Shown here: positions 25,878 to 32,000 of the stretch, in pieces
How the letters are laid out: every line of letters begins with the position of its first letter
Numbering within the stretch: the first letter of the stretch is position 1
Assembly: GCF_000803625.1 (NCBI RefSeq)
Contig: NZ_CP007496.1
Span: forward strand, 570,001 to 602,000
Origin: Candidatus Nanosynbacter lyticus
GTDB lineage: Bacteria > Patescibacteriota > Saccharimonadia > Saccharimonadales > Saccharimonadaceae
DNA: 32,000 nucleotides
Direction: 5' to 3'
Made by a program: the position numbers and the translations under genes
Notes under the pieces: generated by a model
What the model was told of the DNA's origin: nothing
Database searches by the model: none
Seen by the model: the letters and a program-made list of their open reading frames with translations, nothing else

Positions 25878-25899
25878 AAAAAAGACTCCAAAAGGAGTC
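25878..25899 (-). terminator. Intrinsic terminator after tRNA-Lys
   Basis: Hairpin GACUCC-UUUU-GGAGUC followed by UUUUUU on the minus strand. Confidence 0.7.
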
Positions 25900-25910
25900 G
25901 ATTTCAAAAT

Positions 25911-25987
25911 TGGAGGGTCCACCGGGGCTTGAACCCGGGACACCCTGCTTAAAAGGCAGGTGCTCTAACCAGCTGAGCTATGGACCC
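25911..25987 (-). tRNA. tRNA-Lys (anticodon TTT), CCA encoded
   Basis: Reverse complement folds as GGGTCCA TA GCTC AGCTGGTTA GAGC A CCTGC CTTTTAA GCAGG GTGTC CCGGG TTCAAGC CCCGG TGGACCC TCCA. Confidence 0.9.
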
Positions 25988-26034
25988 AATCGGAATATCC
26001 GCTTCTTTCATCCTATCACAAATCAATTAAAATA

Positions 26035-26514
26035 TCAATGCTTGCCAGGCTTATGCCCGCCAGTATGTAACATGAATAAGTCAATTACACCACACACCAA
26101 CCCCAGTGTAGCAATATAACGCCAGTTATTAGCAAATATTTTATACAAATCTAGAGCCTGCCCGTCCAGCGATACATATTTTCCCAGCGGTACAACAAGC
26201 AGCGAGGCGGTTAAAAAGGCAATTGCCACCGCAGAAATAATCTTTTCGTGTTTACATTGATATCTCGGTCCGCCCAGCAGTAGCGCAAATAGTGGAATCA
26301 ACGTCAAGGTCAATGCCGCAATCACACCATTTGGCAACCAACTAACCGCCAACTTTAATCCGTCCAGCAACCCAGTCAGCCAGCTTGCCCACCACTCCGA
26401 TAACAAAAATCCTGCCGCTAGTGATAAAGCCAACGGACCGAATCGACGAGACGATACAAACGCAATCGTAAAAACTATCGCTAAAATTGCCCCGAATAAA
26501 ATTATTACGCTCAT
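26035..26514 (-). CDS. Membrane protein (159 aa, about 5 TM), unknown function
   Basis: Hydrophobic throughout. ATGA overlap with the upstream DUF192 gene. Confidence 0.6.
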   Translation of the reverse strand: MSVIILFGAILAIVFTIAFVSSRRFGPLALSLAAGFLLSEWWASWLTGLLDGLKLAVSWLPNGVIAALTLTLIPLFALLLGGPRYQCKHEKIISAVAIAFLTASLLVVPLGKYVSLDGQALDLYKIFANNWRYIATLGLVCGVIDLFMLHTGGHKPGKH

Positions 26515-27002
26515 TTATTATCCTCCAAATCAAATTTTACTACCGAGCCTACTGTCGCGCTCGCTCTCTTAGCAATACCAGCCTTTACCTCTAAGACGTA
26601 TTTTGCAGGGACTGGTGGTTTATATTTTTCATAAGGCTCAGCATCCGGCTTAACATTATGCTGCACATGGACAATGCGTTTTTTCTCATTAATCCAAATG
26701 ATGTCTACCGAAAATTTCATATCTTTCATCCACATTTGATGGCGGTCAACACTATCAAATACAAACAGCATCGCATAATTATCCTCTATTCCTAACCGAT
26801 CAGCTAAACCCTTTCGACGCGAATCTTCATTGTCAGCAATCTCCGCACGAAGCATTGTCTTATTTAAATAAACAATCTCCGTTTTTGGCGACACCGATTG
26901 AAATACACAAAAAACCGCGCCACCAATAACAGCCAGTATGCCACAAACAAAAAACCATTTAATAGCAGTCTGGATTGCTGTTAGATGACGAGATTCGTCC
27001 AT
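26511..27002 (-). CDS. DUF192 (COG1430) domain protein with N-terminal TM anchor
   Basis: Pattern AEIADNEDSRRKGLADR ... YAMLFVF ... MWMKDMKFSVDIIWI ... YVLEVKAG is typical of DUF192. Confidence 0.7.
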   Translation of the reverse strand: MDESRHLTAIQTAIKWFFVCGILAVIGGAVFCVFQSVSPKTEIVYLNKTMLRAEIADNEDSRRKGLADRLGIEDNYAMLFVFDSVDRHQMWMKDMKFSVDIIWINEKKRIVHVQHNVKPDAEPYEKYKPPVPAKYVLEVKAGIAKRASATVGSVVKFDLEDNK

Positions 27003-27008
27003 AAACTT

Positions 27009-27017
27009 ATTATAACA
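27009..27017 (-). promoter_or_regulatory. Extended -10 (TGTTATAAT), 6 nt before the DUF192 ATG (leaderless candidate)
   Basis: Reverse complement TGTTATAAT-aagttt-ATG, in the 24-nt gap after the rimK stop. Confidence 0.55.
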
Positions 27018-27026
27018 AGTTTATGC

Positions 27027-27944
27027 TTAAGCGCCGATTTTATCTTTTTTGTTGCCGCGCTTAGCGTTACGCTCAATATAATCAATTATTTTACCGGAAA
27101 TATTACGCCGCGTTATCTTCTCGATACCAAAGCCTGGGCTAGCATTCACCTCCAGAACCAAGGCGCCACGAATTGATCGCATAAAGTCGACACCAGCAAC
27201 CGTTAGACCCATCGCCTTAGCCGCCTTTACACACATCTTCCGTTCGGCGTCAGTCAATTTTATACTATTTCCCTCGCCACCCTTGTGAAGATTGCTACGA
27301 AAATCATCATCCAAACTCTGTCGTTTCATACTCGCTACCACTTGACTACCAACCACAAAAGCACGAATATCAGTTCCAGCTGACTCTTTAATAAACTCCT
27401 GCAACAACACGTTTGTGCCGTCAGAGTTAGTTAAATAAAACGCCTGAAGCACCGACTTGGCAGCCTTCTTTGTCTCAGCTAAGACGACACCGTTACCATG
27501 AGTGCCTCGCGCCAACTTAATAATCGCCGGCATACCGCCAATTTCTTCAATGAGTGAATCAATGTCAGTCGCGTTTCGAGAAAAGACCGTCTTCGGAATC
27601 GACACGCCCGCTTTAACTAATAACTGCGTTGAACGCAATTTATCCCGCGCCCTAGTAATCGCAATCGAGCGATTCATGAAAAACGCCTTCGGATACATCA
27701 TCTCTAATTGTCGCAAAACCGCCGTACCATATTTTGTCATGTGACTAGCAATTCGCGGAATCACCACATCAAACTCACCAATTTCTTTGCCTTTATAAAT
27801 AACCGTTGGGTGCTTTTCATCAATCGAAACATAGCAGTTTTTATACTTAACAACTTTAACTTGATGTCCACGCTTTTCGGCTTCTTCTTTTAGGCGAAGA
27901 GTTGAATAATTAGTGTTGCCGTTAGATAAGATCGCAATTCGCAT
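27027..27944 (-). CDS. rimK: RimK-type ATP-grasp alpha-L-glutamate ligase
   Basis: Near full-length resemblance to RimK: MRIAILS, VIPRI, RARDKLRSTQLL, GTHGNGVVLAE, DIRAFVVG, DFRSNLHKGG, LEVNASPG. Confidence 0.88.
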   Translation of the reverse strand: MRIAILSNGNTNYSTLRLKEEAEKRGHQVKVVKYKNCYVSIDEKHPTVIYKGKEIGEFDVVIPRIASHMTKYGTAVLRQLEMMYPKAFFMNRSIAITRARDKLRSTQLLVKAGVSIPKTVFSRNATDIDSLIEEIGGMPAIIKLARGTHGNGVVLAETKKAAKSVLQAFYLTNSDGTNVLLQEFIKESAGTDIRAFVVGSQVVASMKRQSLDDDFRSNLHKGGEGNSIKLTDAERKMCVKAAKAMGLTVAGVDFMRSIRGALVLEVNASPGFGIEKITRRNISGKIIDYIERNAKRGNKKDKIGA

Positions 27945-28450
27945 TATTTTTCTCCGTCTTTCTGATGATATTTTTTATAGAATTTATACGGGTCTCTTTT
28001 TACTTCTTCGTTAAGTCTAATGGCTACGGATGGCTTTTTTCTGGGAACATTCTTCTTTGATACGTCAACCAAGAACTTACCGGATATTGACCTCCTGCCG
28101 ATCAATACCGGAAAATTATTTTTTGATCGATCAGACAAATTCATCAACATTTTAATTTTCCGACCGCCAATTTTTACCCAAAAATGTGTACGATAACGAA
28201 TTTGCTCGTGACCCATAGCGGACCGCACCCTCGCCACGGAATAATCAGTTCTCTTAAATATTTTACCGTTATAATATGGCGAACCTTTACCAAAAAGAGA
28301 GAATTTCAACACACCATCTTTATCGATACGAATATTGCTCGCCCATACTGCACTTGAATCAGCCCCAGTATCAATCTTAGCTGGGACTCTTTGCGCTCGT
28401 TTGCCAAAATCTACAAACTCAGTCGATCCAATAACCGTTTTTTCTTTCAT
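27944..28450 (-). CDS. Retropepsin-like 'ATP-dependent zinc protease' family protein (COG4067, RimB-like)
   Basis: IGSTEFVDF ... VPAKIDTGADSSAVWA ... FPVLIGRRSISGKFLVDV. TAATG overlap with rimK. I prefer the ATG at 28450 over the TTG at 28456. Confidence 0.75.
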   Translation of the reverse strand: MKEKTVIGSTEFVDFGKRAQRVPAKIDTGADSSAVWASNIRIDKDGVLKFSLFGKGSPYYNGKIFKRTDYSVARVRSAMGHEQIRYRTHFWVKIGGRKIKMLMNLSDRSKNNFPVLIGRRSISGKFLVDVSKKNVPRKKPSVAIRLNEEVKRDPYKFYKKYHQKDGEK

Positions 28451-28458
28451 ATGCAAAT

Positions 28459-28467
28459 ATTATGGCA
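28459..28467 (-). promoter_or_regulatory. Extended -10-like TGCCATAAT, 8 nt before the ATG at 28450
   Basis: Reverse complement TGCCATAAT-atttgcat-ATG. No SD. Confidence 0.45.
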
Positions 28468-28519
28468 TATTTTAAGATATATATCAATCAATAGGTCGTC
28501 CACAGCCAACTAAGGACTA

Positions 28520-29626
28520 CTAGAAAAGCCTACGCTTCTTTGCGCCTCTAAATTGTTCCAAAAGCTCCTTCTGCTTTTTCGTCAATTTAGTTGGAGTATC
28601 AACAATAATACCCACAATATGTGGACCGCGTGACTCACTGCGCAAATCTGGTACGCCATGGCCTGACAGCTTAAAGTCAGTACCGCTTTGAGTGCCAGCT
28701 GGAATTTTCATAGTTATAACGCCGTCTACGGTTTCCACGTCAATTTCTGTGCCCAATGCAGCGTCAACCATGGAAATATGCTCTTCGCTAAGAATAATAT
28801 TACCCTCGCGAGTAAATTTTTTATGCGCTTTAACGCGGATATGGACATACAAATCACCTCGACTTCCGCCAGGTACAGACTCACCACGATCACGCAATCT
28901 AATCGTTGCCCCGTCGTCAATACCAGCTGGGATTTTAATAGTTATGTCTTTATTCTGGCGAGTCGTGCCTTTTCCTCGACAAACTGAACATTCTTTTTCA
29001 GGAACTTTTCCCTTACCGTGACAAGTTTCACAAACAACCGCCTGCTGAATTTGCCCAAACAGCGAATTCATCGTTCGAGTTTGCTGTCCCGCTCCCTTAC
29101 AAGTCGGGCACGTTTTCATTCCAAACCCCGGCTCAGCACCATCACCATGACAATGCTCACACTCGTCCTCTAGCGACAAACTAATTTTCTTCTCTGTACC
29201 GAATATTGCATCTTCAAAACTGAGAGTTACACTAGTTTCAATATCACGCCCGCGCTGACGACCACCACCCGATGCGCCAGGCGCGCCACCAAAAAACTGA
29301 CTAAATATATCACCCAGACCGCCGTCACCAAAATCAAAATGAACATTCTGGCCACCAAATCCGCTAAAACCTTCAAACGGATTACCAGAAAAACCACCAC
29401 CTGAAGCGCCGCCGACACCGGCATGACCAAATTGATCATAGCGCTGGCGCTTTTGCTTGTCCTTCAAAACCTCGTAAGCTTCATTTATCTCCTTAAACTT
29501 AGCTTCATCACCGCCCTCTTTGTCAGGATGATATTTTACCGCTAGCTTACGAAAGGCTTTTTTTATCTCATCTTCAGAAGCGCTTTTTGACACGCCTAAA
29601 ACTTCATAATAATCACGCTTACTCAT
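28520..29626 (-). CDS. dnaJ: Co-chaperone DnaJ
   Basis: J domain (DYYEVLGV ... YHPDK), a G/F-rich region, and four CxxCxGxG zinc motifs. The start is set at MSKRDYYE because the longer ORF would run into the promoter/CIRCE element. Confidence 0.93.
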   Translation of the reverse strand: MSKRDYYEVLGVSKSASEDEIKKAFRKLAVKYHPDKEGGDEAKFKEINEAYEVLKDKQKRQRYDQFGHAGVGGASGGGFSGNPFEGFSGFGGQNVHFDFGDGGLGDIFSQFFGGAPGASGGGRQRGRDIETSVTLSFEDAIFGTEKKISLSLEDECEHCHGDGAEPGFGMKTCPTCKGAGQQTRTMNSLFGQIQQAVVCETCHGKGKVPEKECSVCRGKGTTRQNKDITIKIPAGIDDGATIRLRDRGESVPGGSRGDLYVHIRVKAHKKFTREGNIILSEEHISMVDAALGTEIDVETVDGVITMKIPAGTQSGTDFKLSGHGVPDLRSESRGPHIVGIIVDTPTKLTKKQKELLEQFRGAKKRRLF

Positions 29627-29635
29627 ATTGTATAT

Positions 29636-29664
29636 ATTATACTCGTTTAGCACTCACCATGCAA
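29636..29664 (-). promoter_or_regulatory. dnaJ promoter: -35 TTGCAT, 17-nt spacer, -10 TATAAT
   Basis: Reverse complement TTGCAT-ggtgagtgctaaacgag-TATAAT, then 9 nt to the ATG. Confidence 0.6.
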
Positions 29665-29673
29665 GAGTGCCAA
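29647..29673. promoter_or_regulatory. CIRCE operator (HrcA binding site)
   Basis: TTAGCACTC-N9-GAGTGCCAA against the consensus TTAGCACTC-N9-GAGTGCTAA (1 mismatch). Overlaps the -35 and spacer of the dnaJ promoter. Confidence 0.8.
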
Positions 29674-29692
29674 TAGTCCCGCCACCGCCTAG

Positions 29693-29701
29693 TGTTATAA
29701 T
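29693..29701 (+). promoter_or_regulatory. Extended -10 (TGTTATAAT), 6 nt before the sodA ATG (leaderless candidate)
   Basis: TGTTATAAT-tgtact-ATG. No SD. Confidence 0.55.
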
Positions 29702-29707
29702 TGTACT

Positions 29708-30361
29708 ATGTTTACATTACCTTCACTACCATATGATTATGATGCGCTAGAGCCAGCTATCGACGACGAGACAATGCGTATTCATCACACGATGCATCAC
29801 CAAACATACATTGCCAACCTAAATGCCGCAATAGAATCCCTACAATTCAAGCAGCCTGAATTTTACAATAACTTGCACACTGTCTATAACGAGCGGGGTG
29901 AGCGGGCAGCTTTAGAGTGGATTTTAACGGACGCAGCAGCCACACTCAAAGACTCTACGACTATAATTATTAATAATGCCGGAGGCCATCTAAATCATAG
30001 TTTATTTTGGCAGTATATGCGACCAGTGGAGACAAACAATCAACCAAATAAAACCGTGGCAGCAACACTAGCGAAGCACTTCGGCTCGGTGAAAGCATTT
30101 CAAGAAGCTTTTACTAAGGCGGCTACGGGGCATTTTGGATCAGGCTGGGCGTGGTTAGTGCGAGATGATAGCGGCGTACTGTCGATTATGTCAACTGCAA
30201 ATCAAGACAATCCCATTACTCACGGCCTAGTGCCGCTACTCGGACTTGACGTCTGGGAACATGCTTATTATCTACGTTATCAAAACCGCCGCGCCGAATA
30301 TGTCGACGTCTGGTGGTCGGTAGTAGACTGGAATCGCCTGGCCGATACTATTACAACATAG
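29708..30361 (+). CDS. sodA: Fe/Mn superoxide dismutase
   Basis: LPYDYDALEP, HHTMHHQTY, and the DVWEHAYY metal-ligand motifs. Confidence 0.93.
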   Translation: MFTLPSLPYDYDALEPAIDDETMRIHHTMHHQTYIANLNAAIESLQFKQPEFYNNLHTVYNERGERAALEWILTDAAATLKDSTTIIINNAGGHLNHSLFWQYMRPVETNNQPNKTVAATLAKHFGSVKAFQEAFTKAATGHFGSGWAWLVRDDSGVLSIMSTANQDNPITHGLVPLLGLDVWEHAYYLRYQNRRAEYVDVWWSVVDWNRLADTITT

Positions 30362-30388
30362 TGACGTAAATCAGCGGCTACAATTCAT

Positions 30389-30423
30389 AAAAATACCGCC
30401 CCATTATTAGAGCGGTATTTTTT
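30389..30423. terminator. Bidirectional intrinsic terminator between sodA and dnaK
   Basis: A 9-bp stem pairs AAATACCGC (30391-30399) with GCGGTATTT (30412-30420). It is flanked by an A-run and a T-run, so a U-tract follows on both strands. Confidence 0.75.
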
Positions 30424-30438
30424 CATTGGCAGCGAGGA

Positions 30439-32000
30439 CTACTTCTTATCAACCACCTCGCCTTCGACTGGTTCGTCTTTGTCAGATTTTTTGTCGTCCT
30501 TAGACTCATCAGTCTTGCTTTCCTCAGCGGATTGCTGGTACATTTTGGCACCGATTGGAATAATGGCGTCCTGCAAGGCCTTAGCTGCTGCTTCCAGCTC
30601 GTCTTTGTCATCAGCGTCTTTATGCTTTTCCGCTTCCTTGACTGCTTCGTCAATCGCCTTTTTGTCGTCGTCAGAAATCTTATCTTTGAACTCATCCGGC
30701 ATTTTCTTTGCCTGGTAGATGGCGTTTTCTAGCTGATTTTTAGCATCAACGGTTTCACGCTTTTTCTTATCTTCATCAGCGTGCAACTCAGCTTCTTTCT
30801 GGGCTTTTTCAATATCTTCCTTACTCATGTTGCCAGAGTTTTGGATGGTAATCGATTGCTCCTTGCCAGTGCCCTTGTCCTTGGCAGTAACGTTGAGGAT
30901 ACCATTCGCGTCGATATTGAACGTCACTTCAATCTGCGGCACGCCGCGCGGTGCTGGCGCGATACCGTCAAGCACGAAGCGACCCAAACTCTTGTTGTCA
31001 TTAGCGAATTCGCGCTCACCCTGCAAGACGTGGATCTCCACTTGCGGCTGATTGTCGGCAGCCGTCGAGAAGACTTCCGACTTACTGGTTGGTACGGTGG
31101 TATTGCGCTCGATCAGCTTGGTCGACACCCCACCCATTGTCTCAATACCAAGACTCAACGGCGTCACATCCAGCAGCAGCACGTCCTTGACGTCGCCTGC
31201 CAACACGCCGCCTTGAATAGCTGCACCGACAGCCACCACTTCGTCCGGGTTAACACCTTGCATTGGATCTTTACCGAACAACTTCTTCACTCGCTCAACC
31301 ACTGCTGGCATCCGGGTCATACCGCCAACCATAACGATTTCATTAACGTCAGATTTGGATAGTTTAGCGTCTTTGAGCGCCTTTTCGACTGGTATATCCA
31401 GGCGATCCAGCAAATCTTTTACCAAATCTTCCAACTTAGCCCGCGTCAGGCTCAGCTCAAAGTGCTTTGGCCCATCAGCATCAGCGGTAATGAACGGAAT
31501 GTTAACTTCATATTCAGTGACTGTCGACAGCTCCTTTTTGGCCTTTTCAGCTTCGTCCTTTAGTCGCTGCATGGCCGCATTGTCTTTGCGCAGGTCAATG
31601 CCTTCTTTAGACTTAAAGTCATCCAGGAAGTAGTTGACGATGACATTGTCAAAGTCCTCACCGCCCAGGTGGGTGTCGCCATTCGTCGCCTTCACCTCAA
31701 ACACGCCATCGCCGAGTTCCAAGATGGAAACGTCGAAGGTACCACCACCAAGGTCAAACACCACGATGGTTTCGTCATTTTTACCTTTTTCCAGACCGTA
31801 CGCCAGAGCAGCGGCCGTTGGCTCATTGATGATGCGCTTAACTTCCAGGCCAGCGATTTTACCAGCGTCTTTGGTTGCTTGACGCTGAGAATCGTCAAAG
31901 TAGGCTGGCACGGTGATAACCGCTTCAGTAACTTTTTCACCCAAGAATGCTTCAGCATCAGCCTTGATTTTGCTGAGGATCATGGCTGAAACTTCTTCTG
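30439..32000 (-). CDS. dnaK: Chaperone DnaK (Hsp70), C-terminal roughly 520 aa; N-terminus outside the window
   Basis: The frame stays open to nt 32000 (..EEVSAMIL). Motifs [10 protein letters not shown] and VGGMTRMP are present, with an acidic Lys/Asp-rich tail. Confidence 0.95.
   Translation of the reverse strand, partial: EEVSAMILSKIKADAEAFLGEKVTEAVITVPAYFDDSQRQATKDAGKIAGLEVKRIINEPTAAALAYGLEKGKNDETIVVFDLGGGTFDVSILELGDGVFEVKATNGDTHLGGEDFDNVIVNYFLDDFKSKEGIDLRKDNAAMQRLKDEAEKAKKELSTVTEYEVNIPFITADADGPKHFELSLTRAKLEDLVKDLLDRLDIPVEKALKDAKLSKSDVNEIVMVGGMTRMPAVVERVKKLFGKDPMQGVNPDEVVAVGAAIQGGVLAGDVKDVLLLDVTPLSLGIETMGGVSTKLIERNTTVPTSKSEVFSTAADNQPQVEIHVLQGEREFANDNKSLGRFVLDGIAPAPRGVPQIEVTFNIDANGILNVTAKDKGTGKEQSITIQNSGNMSKEDIEKAQKEAELHADEDKKKRETVDAKNQLENAIYQAKKMPDEFKDKISDDDKKAIDEAVKEAEKHKDADDKDELEAAAKALQDAIIPIGAKMYQQSAEESKTDESKDDKKSDKDEPVEGEVVDKK

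Noticed and set aside
25910-26119. 69-aa ORF on the plus strand
   Set aside because: It is the antisense reading of tRNA-Lys running into the membrane-protein gene.
27001-27024. Perfect 8-bp inverted repeat ATAAACTT / AAGTTTAT bracketing the DUF192 -10 box, just after the rimK stop
   Set aside because: It is almost entirely A/T and lacks a U-tract, so it is a poor terminator. It could occlude the DUF192 AUG on read-through transcripts, but that is too speculative without data.
28457-28519. Possible terminator after dnaJ (GTAGTCC ... GGACGAC on the minus strand)
   Set aside because: The 7-bp stem has a mismatch, the loop is 12 nt, and only a weak, interrupted U-tract follows.
30781-31362. 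193-aa ORF antisense to dnaK, plus other antisense ORFs at 31355-31989
   Set aside because: The dnaK frame carries unmistakable Hsp70 motifs. Long antisense ORFs opposite hsp70 genes are a known codon-composition artefact. The translation is His/Arg/Leu-rich with no domain pattern, promoter or SD.
1-32000. CRISPR arrays, IS elements, integrases, prophage or defence-system genes, toxin-antitoxin pairs
   Set aside because: I found no direct-repeat/spacer periodicity, no transposase- or recombinase-like ORF, no terminal inverted repeats and no nuclease/ATPase defence-type pairs. The window is essentially core housekeeping plus envelope genes.

Overview
Densely packed chromosomal segment with about 40 protein genes and 2 tRNAs. 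I found no CRISPR array, transposase or integrase. The standard genetic code applies: TGA is used as a stop, for example in ATGA gene overlaps. By inference, the gene content points to a reduced monoderm bacterium of the Patescibacteria/Saccharibacteria type: MurT/GatD peptidoglycan amidation, a secretin-less type IV pilus operon, a short ComEC, a mini TsaB and many 1-4 nt gene overlaps. Order of genes: murT(partial)-gatD-GT39-like glycosyltransferase; small acidic ORF; tRNA-Pro; CPBP protease plus a start-less kinase C-lobe fragment; gpmA-NUDIX-rny operon (minus); membrane protein; tsaE-tsaB; pilB-pilC-pilM-pilN-pilO plus two accessory ORFs; recX / 2H-phosphoesterase-like / recA; an orphan prepilin gene; bPH-domain membrane protein; ruvB; a structured leader plus a DUF4352 protein; ruvA-ruvC; a large surface LTD/Cys-repeat protein; yebC; comEC; tRNA-Lys; a membrane protein-DUF192-rimK-RimB-like protease cluster; dnaJ with a CIRCE operator; sodA; dnaK(partial). 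Observations most worth follow-up: (1) pilus, pilin, recA/recX, ruvABC and comEC all lie within about 17 kb, and a double-LTD, five-fold Cys-repeat surface protein is inserted between yebC and ruvC; (2) a roughly 120-nt 5' leader or sRNA with mutually exclusive terminator and antiterminator pairings sits upstream of the DUF4352 gene; (3) a recurrent TGnTATAAT box lies 6-7 nt from start codons that lack an SD, which implies widespread leaderless mRNAs; (4) the pil operon ends in a small TM protein and a double PRC-barrel protein that share a C-terminal NPF motif; (5) the 2H-like gene between recA and recX has a His-to-Arg change in its second catalytic motif. All functional calls come from motif recognition by eye. 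No database search was run.
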